DNA from: Histomonas meleagridis 2922-C6/04-290x
Taxonomy: Eukaryota; Protista; Parabasalia
Direction of reading: 5' to 3'
Length of the DNA: 64,000 nucleotides
Assembly (NCBI GenBank): GCA_020184695.1
Contig: JAANOX010000207.1
Coordinates: forward strand, 248,001-312,000
Positions 12,479-23,759 of this stretch are shown piece after piece; the stretch's first letter is position 1, and every line of letters begins with the position of its first letter. Under the pieces are notes generated by a model. That model did no database searches. It was not told the origin of the DNA and saw nothing but the letters and a program-made list of their open reading frames with translations. The position numbers were made by a program, and so were the translations under genes.

Positions 12479-14069
12479 TAATTAATCTTTAATTTACGAT
12501 AATTAATACCGTTATAATAATAAAATACATTTTCTTCATAATTAAAATAATAATATTCAAAATCATGGTTGCGATTATAAGTATCTCCTGATATACAATC
12601 ATCATCAATATAATCAACATATTCAAATTGATAATATTTATATGATGATTTATTATTACAATTTTCGATATTATTAACACAACGCAAGTTATTAATATTA
12701 TTATTCAATTTATAATGATCAATATGATCAATTTGTGTTTTATTGTCAGGATCATCATTTAATATAAATTGTAATGCAATTATTCTATGTTTATAATATA
12801 ATTAAGTATTTAAAGAGCATCTAATATAACCGTGATCTTCCCATTCACTGATTAATTTATCAGAACCTATACGTCTGATAGAATTAATATATTGATTATA
12901 AATTTCATAATCATCATCAACAACACATGTAAACCAATGGCATTCAGTGTTCATTATTTATATAGAAATAAAAAATATAAAATTTATATAAATCTATATA
13001 GATTTTTTTTTAAAAAACATATGAACTTATAAAAACAATACTCTGACATATAAACTTATAAAAACAATAATTTGAACATATTATATATAGAACATATTAT
13101 TTTTAAAACATATCCTCAAAAACCTCATTTATCAACAATCAATATCACAATAAATTAATTTTAAATTTATAATGTTTTAATGTGTTTTTATAGTACCTAT
13201 TTGTTCCCGGTCTTCAAACTTAATATAATTTTCAGAAAGCAATTTGGCAAAGGGCAACATTTACAGTTTTATTCTTAAAAAGTAGATTTTAAAGCCTCAT
13301 TATTAACGTATATAGTATGAAAAGTTCTATTAATTATTTCGACTAGCATTTATAATTTGAATCCAGCCAATCGGAGCGACACCAGGGTATCTTATTCTCA
13401 AATCTGGATAAATGTTCTATCAAAAATTGATTATTAGTTGAATTAGTGATTATTTTTACTTTCTTGCGCAGCGGAGCAGCTCGTCTGCGATTTATTATTT
13501 GATTTTCTTAATACTATTATTGAATTACCATTCTTCTGAGATTTTGTATCGTAATGTCTAATCAATATAATTTTTAGCATTATTTATTATTATATCTTTT
13601 TCTTCTTTGATTAAGTTTTTAATACATTTCTTTTCAATGGGTGTGTGACATTTAATTGAAATTTCGGCATGAGAGACCTCATAAAATTTCTTGGATTGAT
13701 TTGCATTCTGTTGGCGGGGATCCGAAGTTTAGGCGTTATTTTCATTTTTGAGGTGTGCAATCATCATTTACTTAATAATTTGATCATCAGTTACTTTCTC
13801 ATTAAAACACCAGATAATTTTCATTCTATTAGATCGCCAATGATAATTATAATTATGACCAGTATATAATTTCAAAAAAATTATTTTTATTTTTAACGAG
13901 CTTTTTTACTATATAAAAAACTTTTTTCAACTTTTCCCTGACATTCAATTCTAAAATGAGCTATGTTTTCTGTAGACACTGTTTCCTCTTTCATTAGCCC
14001 CCATTCATAAAATGATAACATCGCAATCTCTATTGCATTCATTTGATTAATCCCATCGATTACTAACAT

Positions 14070-14408
14070 CTATTTTGTGTTTTCGGTGATATTCAGCAGG
14101 GTTTTGTAAATGATACGAATTTGAAACTTCTGCCCTGTTAAAGTCTTCTTCAATAGTAAACAGGAAATTATTTTTTTTCTTTTAATGAAGCTTGTTTCTT
14201 CATGTTCTTCGAGTTCATTGATCAGATCATGACAGAATCTTGTCTCAGCAGCTGAGTCAGTAATAGTTTTTAGATATGAATTTTTTCTGAATGTGATGAA
14301 TGGCGCTTCCAGATTCGAAAGGATGAACCTATCGATATCTGGATCGAAAATTCTTCTAATTTTCGATAATTTTAATGAAATATTATGACAAGAGACTTCG
14401 AAGTACAT
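14070..14408 (-). CDS. Hypothetical protein (112 aa)
   Basis: ATG-initiated, protein-like composition; no motif recognised. Confidence 0.35.
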   Translation of the reverse strand: MYFEVSCHNISLKLSKIRRIFDPDIDRFILSNLEAPFITFRKNSYLKTITDSAAETRFCHDLINELEEHEETSFIKRKKIISCLLLKKTLTGQKFQIRIIYKTLLNITENTK

Positions 14409-14956
14409 TTATATTTTTGAGAATAAATCTTTAATAAACATTGTGTTTTAAATTCAAGAATTATCCATTTTAATAATCTTAATTAATTTTGTAAAACTCT
14501 TAAAAATCAAATTTGATCCCATAATAAAATTCGTTAACCGTTATCTACATTTGATTTACTCTGGGGCCAAGCTCAGACAGCTTTATATGGTTTTTCCATG
14601 TATTTGTATGTTTTTTTTCTTTAAATTTAAGTGCGGGGCATATATACATAACACTCTTCATTTTCAAACAAATTATAAACGGATTTCATCCGTTTAACAA
14701 TATAAATGTTGGGGGGATATCGAGAAAAGTGACGATTTTCGAAAAGTCTAACAACAAACATATATACCGATATCGGTAGAACTTTTTGAGTGACTAACAA
14801 AATGTTATCATTGAATTCTCATGCCAAAATTTCAATCAAAAATCATGCAGCTTTTTTCAATATTTCTGATATCGTTCTCTTTTTGTCATGATTTGAATGA
14901 AAATTGAGATAAAAGTGACGTTTGGGTCCTAAGGACTGAAGGATAGTATTCCATAT

Positions 14957-17310
14957 ATGAGCCCTCAATCCTTCTATAGCTTAAATAAATTGGTCAATAA
15001 TCTTCATAATGAATGTGAAAAATCAACACCAAACTATCAAGAATGTCTTCGTTTAATGAAAAATTTTGGAAGTATTCTTAATGCAATTGAAGATATAAAT
15101 GAATTACAATATCAGCAACTTTGGTCGATTGCGAGATCAATCCTTACACGTAGGAAAGAAGTTTCACTTATTTTACGAATTATTACTATTCATGTTTATC
15201 CGACATTAACTATAAAATTATATTCTAATCATCACAATACAGCGGGGGCAATCTCTTATACATTAATTATTAATGAATTTAAGGATGAAGTTTCTTCAGA
15301 TTCACCTTCAATTTCATTTTTAATTTCAATTTTTGATGCAATCTACGCATGTTCTAAAGCAGGATGTTGTAACGACAAAGAAACAATTATTGGGCTTCTA
15401 TCATTACAAGAAATATTTAGTTCATTAACACAATGTTCCAAGCAATCAATTGCTTTAGCACTTGATATTGATTTAGGACCATTTGTAAAACTATATAAAT
15501 ATGGACAATATTCCGTAAAGATGAATAATCTTCTTCAATCACTTGGCTGTTCGAAAAACATAGTCGATACACAGTATATTTTTCCAATACCACCACGTAA
15601 AGTAAGTTCATTAGAAAAACGTATTGCACTACAAAACGTTCTTAAAGGAATAGAATCATATCAACTAGCTCAACTTATAATTAAAGGATTTCAAAAATTT
15701 GAAATTATTAAAAATTACAAACCACCACAAACCACAACGGCACTTATTCAACAATTAATTGAAGAAAAACCAATAGAAGATATTAAATCATCAGAATCAG
15801 GTATTTTTATTATTGAACAAGCATTAACAAATCTTCAAAATAATTCACAATATATACCAATAACAATGCAATCACAATTTATATCAATATTAATTACTAC
15901 TATTGATTTTAATGAACCTAATTTTGAAGAATGTAAAGGTCCAATAACAACATATATTATCAATAATGTTATTTTATCATTAAAATATGTTGATACATTT
16001 CTAATATCATGGACGAATTATGAGTTTATACATAATTCAGAAACGCGTTATAATACACTTGTTAATATAATACTTAAAAAGATAAGTAATAATTTAAATA
16101 ATGAAGGATTAATTACAAATTATATATCAAATTTACCTAAACTTCCAGAAGAAATATTTCAAAATCTTCAAACAAAAGAATTTCAACAAATTAATCAAAT
16201 ATTATTAACAATAAATGAATATATAAAAAGATTCAATAAATTTACAAAAGAAATTTTTAAAATGTTTATTTCAATTAACAATTCAAGAAGATGAAATAAT
16301 ATCAAATTCATCATTAAATATTATCCAAAATTATTATCAAAAGAAAGAATTTATAATGAAAATTAATAAGACAGCAATAAAATATTTAAATTATTCTATC
16401 GAAATCAAAGATAATATACAATTATCAAATATTTATATGGAATTATTTTTTATGGTACTTGAATATAATTATGAAATTTTTAAAGAATTAATTGATATAT
16501 ATAATAAAATTACTAATAAATTAATCAAAAATTTAATTTGTAAAAAACTTAAAAACAAAATACCAAAAATGCATTTATTTGATAATGACTTTATTAAAGA
16601 AATTATTAAATATTCACGACAAAATAATTATAAAATGGATTTAATTCATATTTATCTTGATTATGTTTCAAAACAATTAATATATATATCGAAAGATTTA
16701 TTTAATATCCTTAAAAAAGAACTTATTGAATATAATGATCCAAGATTTTTAATACCAATAATTCCTACATTATTAATAAATACGCCAAATGATTTTGAAC
16801 AATATTTACATTATATGTTAAATTTATCCAACGATCGTTGGATTAAGACGTGCATTATCTTCATTAATTTATAATGATTATGGTATAACATTTATAATTT
16901 TGTTAAATAATATAACAAAAACATCAAATTTATATAATAAAGCAATTGAAACATTAAAAATTAGTTTTGAAACTAATGGTTTATTAACTTATGAAAAATG
17001 TAAAATAGCTATAAATTATATTATACAAAACCACAAGTCTTTAAATTTATTAATGAATACTTTATATGAAATAATTTGTAAATTTACTAATGAAAAATGT
17101 TTTAAATATCTTTTTAGACATATATTACCGATAGTTAATCATTTTGATATATTTAATGACAAAAATAATTGGAATATATTAAAGAAGATAATTTATATTG
17201 CAAAACCAATATCATTTCAATTCGTAAAAACTTTAAGTTATGATAAAATTAATGATTTAATCAAAGAATATCCAGAAATAAGTAATATTTTAAAAAATAT
17301 TAATAAATGA
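14957..17310 (+). pseudogene. ~780-codon helical (ARM/HEAT-like) hypothetical gene with two +1 frameshifts
   Basis: ORFs 14957-16294, 16356-16874 and 16900-17310 are in successive frames. Each next frame is already open upstream of its track start (CLFQLTIQEDEII..; IYPTIVGLRRALSS..). Confidence 0.6.
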
Positions 17311-17705
17311 AAAGATTAATTATTTCATCATCAAATATTTTAATATTTCTTAATATTTATAACTATAGCTTTCGTTAAGACTGATGAAAAATGCATTTAT
17401 CGATGTATTTTGCATAATGTACAACGAGATTATAAATCACATGGAATACTACTGTCATTTTTTCAAAACCGAAAAATCCACATAAAAAGTTTATATCTCA
17501 AATAGAAATGTTATTTTTTGAAAATTAATTACACTTTGTGAGAAATTAAATGCATTAAATAAATTTATAATATCTTGACTATTATGATTTTAATATGTGC
17601 TGGGAAAAAAATTGTGTTTTATAAGAATTGAATGATTTACAGCGGTTATTTCATACAATTATTTTGTTGATTTAATTTTTTTTTAGTCATAATTGTGTTT
17701 GAGTA

Positions 17706-17775
17706 ACCTTGACTCGCCCAAATTCGTAATTTTTTTTATCAGAAAAATCGAGAGCATTGAGATATTATCGAAAAC
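17706..17775 (+). repeat. Transposon left-end-like sequence, copy A
   Basis: TA|ACCTTGACTCGCCCAAATTCGTAATTTTTTTTATC..GAGAGCATTG is homologous to 18191-18250. Confidence 0.6.
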
Positions 17776-17926
17776 TGAATTGCGTTTCAAATATTTGACG
17801 AAACAGGGCTCCAACATTGGCGGGAACGATGGTATATGAAACTGCTCGTGATTGTGTCAAATCATGCAATAACTGTTATTGTCACAAAATTTGTTCATTA
17901 TCCACATGTTGTCCTATATGCACGCA

Positions 17927-18125
17927 ACTCATGGACCCATAGGGGATCATTGAGGCAGGGTATGAATGGATTACCCGGGGTTTCGTCATAACCCAGAGAC
18001 CACGCTGTAGCAGCAAGTAGTTCAATCATAAACACTCTCTAAAAAACATTAGAGAACATCTCATAAGGACATCACAGAAGAAACAACAAAGAAGAACATC
18101 TCAAAACATTGAAGAACATCTACTT
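17927..18125 (+). repeat. GC-rich hairpin module plus ~20-bp-period GAACATCT tail, copy 1
   Basis: Shares ACTC.TGGACCC..AGGGGATC..AGGG..ATGG..CCCAGAGAC.ACGCTGT..GTTCAATCA with 21252-21361. Confidence 0.75.
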
Positions 18126-18190
18126 CTATATAATTTGATGGTCATATAAATTGAGTATGTTTGTTTGGGTAACCAGAAATTTTTGATATA

Positions 18191-21100
18191 CCCTTCCGTC
18201 GCTCCATTTCGTAATTTTTTATCTTATTCGAAAATTGAGAGCATTGTGAACCTATTCGAAATTGTATTGTTGTACAGAGAGCGGAATGAACCGGTAGTCA
18301 TTGAATAGACCGTATAGTGGATTTGAATACATCACGGTTTTCTTGAATTATTATTTGGTCATATGAAGTCATATAAACTATTCAAATTCATCATCACCTC
18401 ACCTTTATTGATGTAAACCATAGAAAAATGCTATTCAAAATTGAATAGAAAAAATAAAAACAAAAATATCTCGTCAAATATTCAGAATTTACTGACTAAA
18501 ATATCAAAGATATTGAACAGAATAAGAGTAAATGTTAAGAATAAATTATAAACATATTTTGACTAATTTTACTTCCTTCTCACAAAATGAGATTATTTGC
18601 TTATATTTTATCATTTTTTGAACCAACAAAATTGTCCAACTGAATAAAATAGATTCAACAGACTCAACATTGTTTATGTAAAATGTTTCATTCATTTTTA
18701 ACATATATAACAATAAAATATTTTATGCTAATTGTTTATTTAGCAATATTTATCGGTTAAGTGGATTCTTTTGATTCCATTGGTATTTTCTATGATCAGA
18801 TCTGGAACAGGTGTCAAAATTCCCCCCATTTTTTCGATATATGCATAGAAAAATTTGATATCACACTTCATTTTTTTCAAAGAATAAACTGGTTCAATGG
18901 TCGTCAAACTTTTATTATTTTCTACTTCATAAACAAATTTCAAGTTTTCCAGGCTTCCATTCAAATGGTGATTATTTACCAAATTTCCATTATGAATTTT
19001 GTCGTATAATTCAGGAAATTTGGTTCTTAGAGAAGTGTCCATTGCATATTGACTAGATAAAGGGATTTTTGGATTTAATGGATATAATCCTGAGGCTCTA
19101 AACCCGCTTTGAATATTATCAATTGAAGCAGCTTCTGATAATGCAGATACCAGACATTTTATCATCATAATTCTTATAGCTTTGAGATCCCTCTGTGTTA
19201 TATCAGTATCACCAAATAAACTTAGCTCATATTGCAATAACTATTTCTTATATATTGTCTTCAATGGTGAAGCTATAGCAACATCAAAAGGCTGTAATAA
19301 ATGAGAAGTATGCCCAGGAAATACTAATATATCAATTCCAAACATCTCAAATAATCTTGCAACATTATAATTGGCTATACTTTTATGTCCATCAACCAGC
19401 AATAGAATTTTCTGTTTTCCCAGTTCTGGTTTAAGCTGAGATCTATATCCGTTGAATTTCAGCTAAGAATGTATATGCCCAGTAAGTAAATAGTTTTCTG
19501 TTGGTTCAACCTGTTGGTGATGTTGCAAAATGCCCAAGTTCTTTGACTTCTTCAAGCCCACTTAATGTTTTTTTATCCTTTAGGATAAACAATGGTTTCA
19601 TAACATATCCACTTGCAGATACCGTTATACAAGCAGTGATGTGTGGAAATACTGGAGATGATTCTGTAAGTGGGATTTTGCCTTGAGTTACCAATACTCT
19701 ATATTTTTTTTTTGATGATACCATTATTTCATCCATGTTAATAATTAATGCAGGATCCCTCTTAGATAGGTGAGAATGCTTGGAAAAAAAGTCTTCTATT
19801 GCAACTTTATCACAAGCAATTCTTTCTAATGTTTCCAATTTAGCAGCAGGAACCACACTTAGATTATTTGCTTTAGCCATTTTTTGAAGCCAAGTTACAT
19901 CAGGATGTATTTCTCTCACTCTCGTTAATATTTTTTTGCAGTTGCATATTTCCAATAATTTTCTGGCTTTTTCAGCTCTCTCTTTTATGAGAGTTGTTGC
20001 TATTTTCATTGCCTCACATGTTAACAAACAATTTATATTATTTTCTCTTTCATGAACTATATCTATGAACTTCTTCATATCCAAATCAGAAAGGATTGGC
20101 TCCCCACCTCCCTTTAAGTTTTTGTCCCAATATTTCCCACAAGCTGTTCTCAATAATATTCGTCCAACCACTTTATCACCACATAATTTATGCTTCTCTC
20201 TTATTTGTGCGAAGGTCTTTCCAGTAAGTTTTTCCATGTAAATCATTACCTGTTTCGTAGAAAGGATGGATTCGTTAGTCGATGCATTTATCAACTGATG
20301 TATTAAATCGGTTGCACACTGAGGATTATTTATTATAAAGCTATTTAGCAGGGCAAACATTTTCGTTCCCCTCCCTCATCTATTTTCTGTCTCCTTATTA
20401 AAAGAAACATTATTAGAAACAGGATTTGGATTCACATATTGGGCAAGATTTGCATGTTGAGAAAGGATGCATTTATTAATATCTGGAATAAAACTTCTAT
20501 CATTATTATGTGTGCTAAAAGGAGCTTGTACTGTGATATTTTGAGGTTGCGAACTCGAAAAATAATTTTGATCATTTCCAGATCTTTTCCCAAGATCTGG
20601 AATAAAACTTGTATTATTATTACTTGTACTAAGAGGAGCTTGCAGAGCACAATTTTTTGCCCTGACATTGTAAGAATAATGGCATTTCATTCTTAAAAAT
20701 AATTCTATTGAACTGTTATCAATTCTATCAAAAAATCGAATGTAAAGTATACAAAACATAACGTTTTTACTCAATTGGCCGTATAGTGAAATTGAATGTA
20801 TCGATTCACATTTTCCTCTCAATTATTGTATCGTTTCTATCGGAAACCCACTTTTTCTACATAACTGTTCACATGATGATATGAATTCTATGTGCTATCA
20901 CAAATCCATTATACGGCCATTCAATCCACTATACGGCCATTCCGCTCTCTGTATGAAGAAATCAGAATTATCGCTTCATATTTAGTAAACCAATATAAAA
21001 AACTTCAATTTTAATGTGATTTACCAACTGATGATTCTCTTCCGCAGTTTTTTGTTCAAAAATCAGTCCCAGGAATTAGGGTTCATGCTCGTCGCAAATG
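18191..21100 (-). mobile_element. Pogo-like DDE transposon (right end uncertain)
   Basis: Starts TA|CCCTTCCGTCGCTCC. Perfect inverted subterminal repeats TACAGAGAGCGGAATG (18273-18288 / 20938-20953) and CCGTATAGTGGATT (18310-18323 / 20923-20936) flank a transposase. Confidence 0.65.
18740..20822 (-). pseudogene. DDE_1 transposase with a long N-terminal extension, inactivated
   Basis: INMDE, PTG*(W)TKRK, LLVDGHKS, LQPFDV motifs. ORF 20376-20822 is in frame with 19506-20360 across a TGA; a further frameshift and TAA precede 18740-19237. Confidence 0.85.
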
Positions 21101-21251
21101 AAATTGGCCGTATGACCCACAGTTAAAATTTGGAATCTGAGTACCTGGCAAAAACTATAACAACCTTAAACTTTTATTGGAATTTCTATGAAATAGTCAA
21201 AAAGCATCCAAATGTTGATATCACTCATAAACACGGAATCCCAAAAACACG

Positions 21252-21490
21252 ACTCCTGGACCCCCAGGGGATCTGCGTGGTAGGGCAAGGATGGGGAGCT
21301 GGGGATCAGTCCATCAATGGCCCAGAGACTACGCTGTTGTGTGGGATCAGTTGTTCAATCAATCAGATCTTGTCCAAAAGCAATACGATCTCGTGTAAAC
21401 AATACGATCTCGTCCAAACAATTCGATCTCGTTCAAACAATACGATCTCATCTAAGAAATCAGATCTCGTCCAAGCAATAAGATCTTATG
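21252..21490 (+). repeat. GC-rich hairpin module plus 7 x ~19-21-bp (AAACAATACGATCTCGT) tail, copy 2
   Basis: Direct homology to 17927-18028; seven GATCT cores in 21361-21490. Confidence 0.8.
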
Positions 21491-21626
21491 AATGAAAATA
21501 AAGATTTGATTTCTAATTATTTAATATCATTATATAATGAGTTATGGTAATAGATCATAATAATAAGTTATTAAATAAACAATAAATTCGATTCTTTGAT
21601 TTATTTTCATTTTTTTTTCGGCGGTA

Positions 21627-22035
21627 GTTTAAAAATGAATCTATCTCCGAAATCATATTCGAGAAATCCATACCGAAATCATCATGTGGCTATCAATAGT
21701 GATATATGGATGTTGATGTGCCAAGAGTTTCGAAACAAAAAGGCTATACCTTCAATCAGTAATAGAACAGGTATACCTGCTTCAACATTATAATCCTGGT
21801 CATAGTGTTATAGGAAGGATCCATATTGGTCCCCACAAAATATCAATCGCAACAAAGATAGAAGAATATACTGAAGAGGAGAAAAATTAACCTAGCTACA
21901 TACATTGCTAGTATTATTGATGAAGGAGACCTCTTCACAAATGAAGATTTTAAGGAAATTGCTATACAATACTATTATAGTATTCATGAAAATTAAGAAC
22001 ATTTAAGGCAGTTCATGTGCTCAAATGCGTTTTCA
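21627..22035 (+). pseudogene. N-terminal (HTH) fragment of a pogo-like transposase
   Basis: ISNRTGIPASTL*SW..DPYWSP..RRI.TEEE..LATYI..GDLFTNEDFKEIA..FMCS parallels the N-terminus of the 11.2-12.4 kb transposase; truncated. Confidence 0.6.
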
Positions 22036-22039
22036 TTTA

Positions 22040-23716
22040 CTGATATAATCTTTTTCATTTTTTAATATTTTTTGATATTTTTTATTATTAATTCGTATTT
22101 CTTCTATTTTTAATTTATATTCTTCAAGTGCTTAATTCATTTTAATTATCTTGATTTTTCTATTGTTAATTTTCATTTTTATTTCTTGGCGATTTTTTTA
22201 TTGTTTATTATGATATAATTGCTTTCTTTTATTTCAAATATTGAAACAATAATTTTAATATCTTTAAATATATTAGTATTATCTAAGATCGAAAAATATG
22301 TTATATTTTCTTTGCTGATGACAATGTCGAATAAAAAATATTTTCTAAGATTATCAATGCATCTGCAAAGTTACCTCATTATGTTCTATTCCTCAAGTAA
22401 AATCAGGATTAATATTGTTTTTAGATAATTTTCGATAATTATATTCATTTTTATATTCACCTTCCATTTTAACGATTTCTGATAATAAGCTTAAAATTGT
22501 TGGACACTACGATAGTTTGGAGTTTATTTTTTTATTGAAGCTTTCATTTACATTATTAGTTGCTCTGTGACTCATAATTTTTCCACTAATATTCCAATCA
22601 TTTATATCAAATTTTTTTGTATAAGTTGAAATTAAGTAATCAACAAACTCTAAAGATTCTTTTGAAAAATGTGATATATTTGGAAGAAATAAAATTACCT
22701 TATTAGCACATTCTATGTCAATAAGTTGTAATAATTTTATTAATTTATAAAGTTGTTGAGTAAAATAGCAAAATCTTTCGGATAAGATTGATAATAATTT
22801 TTCGCGAATAGCTTTGCAAAAATAAAAATAACATAATCGCATAGAGTTTGAATTTGTCAAAAATATGTTTTTTATTACATTGATTTGAGCTAATTCGAAA
22901 TCACAAATGAATTTTACATTTAGATTAACCGTAATATTATGTGATTTTAGTGCATTTGAATATGTTTTGCATGCTAATAGATATGTTTTGCTCTCTTTGT
23001 TTGGCAAAATCAAATATAATAATGGAATATTCAAATAAACGAGATCTTCCAATGAAAATGCATACCTGATAAAATCCATTCGGCGCTGAATGGAAAGTAC
23101 CATCTATGCTAATTATTTTGCATTTGCATACACGTTGTAACATAAACTGAGAAGCAAGTCCATATATTGATTTGTCATTAATTCTAACTAAAAATATAAG
23201 AAACTGTTGTCCATCAATTGTTAAACAATTATCGAATGTTAATTTATTTTTTGGATCAATGTTTGTAAGAGATCTGGAATATTTTCTAACCATTGAAATA
23301 GGAATTGAGTTCTTTGTTTGTCCTTTTGGTGTTGTTTGATTAACCCGATCAAATAAAGCATTAAATATTAATTCTGTAAAATGGTTATATTGTGCATCAT
23401 TGTAAAGTTCTGCTATTTTGATTTGTATTTGTGTTTCGGAATAATATGGATTTTTTGTGAAATCATTGTTTAAACAATTATGTTATGATATTAGCAAATA
23501 CCTGAAATTTTTAGTATCTTGGCTGAATTCTACTTTTAGCTTTGCTGGACACTTGTGCAAAGAAGACCTACTTTATTGAATGCATCTGTAATATGCGCGT
23601 CTAAAGTTTTTCCTCCCATAGGAATCAAATGAAGATGTAAAGTCATGTATGTCTATATGAGCAGGTGTCCAAGATTGTCGTTTCGTGTATCTATCAGGCC
23701 ATTCGATTGTTTGCAT
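22040..23716 (-). pseudogene. MULE (Mutator-like) transposase with an N-terminal WRKY/FLYWCH-like zinc finger, inactivated
   Basis: From ATG 23716: RAYYRCIQ*..HKCPAKLKV..HNC; SIDGTFHSAPNGFYQV; ICDFELA; CYFYFCKA; ATNNVNESFN. Stops and frameshifts present. Confidence 0.85.
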
Positions 23717-23759
23717 GTGAAAGATAAACTAAACAAAGTTAGTCAAAAAAAAGATAAAT

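Larger units (their letters stand above)
10830..12954 (-). pseudogene. HNH endonuclease interrupted by a DNA transposon
   Basis: Manual translation: ..YKHRIIALQFILNDDPDNKTQIDHIDHYKLNNNINNLRCVNNIENCNNK.. (HNH signature). Removing 10929-12478 plus one TA gives in-frame YRKLKINY-TYNNKTLICAQDINNKK. Confidence 0.85.
986..13190. mobile_element. Decayed Maverick/Polinton-like endogenous viral element; boundaries approximate, TIRs not found
   Basis: Co-located packaging-ATPase motifs (APMRSGKS; LLILDD..RH..VQ), integrase-type W..DL motif, pPolB-like fragments, HNH nuclease and a fibre-like gene. Compact intronless ORFs with many stops and frameshifts. Short direct repeat AACTTATAAAAACAATA x2 near 13025-13070. 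Confidence 0.8.

Noticed and set aside
16250-16830. Euplotes-style programmed +1 frameshifting
   Set aside because: No AAA-TAR shift motif at either junction.
21252-21335. HDV-like or hammerhead ribozyme
   Set aside because: GGGCAA-stem-CAATG looks HDV-like, but no P3/L3 (CC) pseudoknot can be built, and no CTGATGA/GAAA hammerhead core is present.
21361-21490. CRISPR-like array
   Set aside because: The repeats are contiguous with no unique spacers, there are no cas genes, and the context is eukaryotic. The same applies to 55081-55355.
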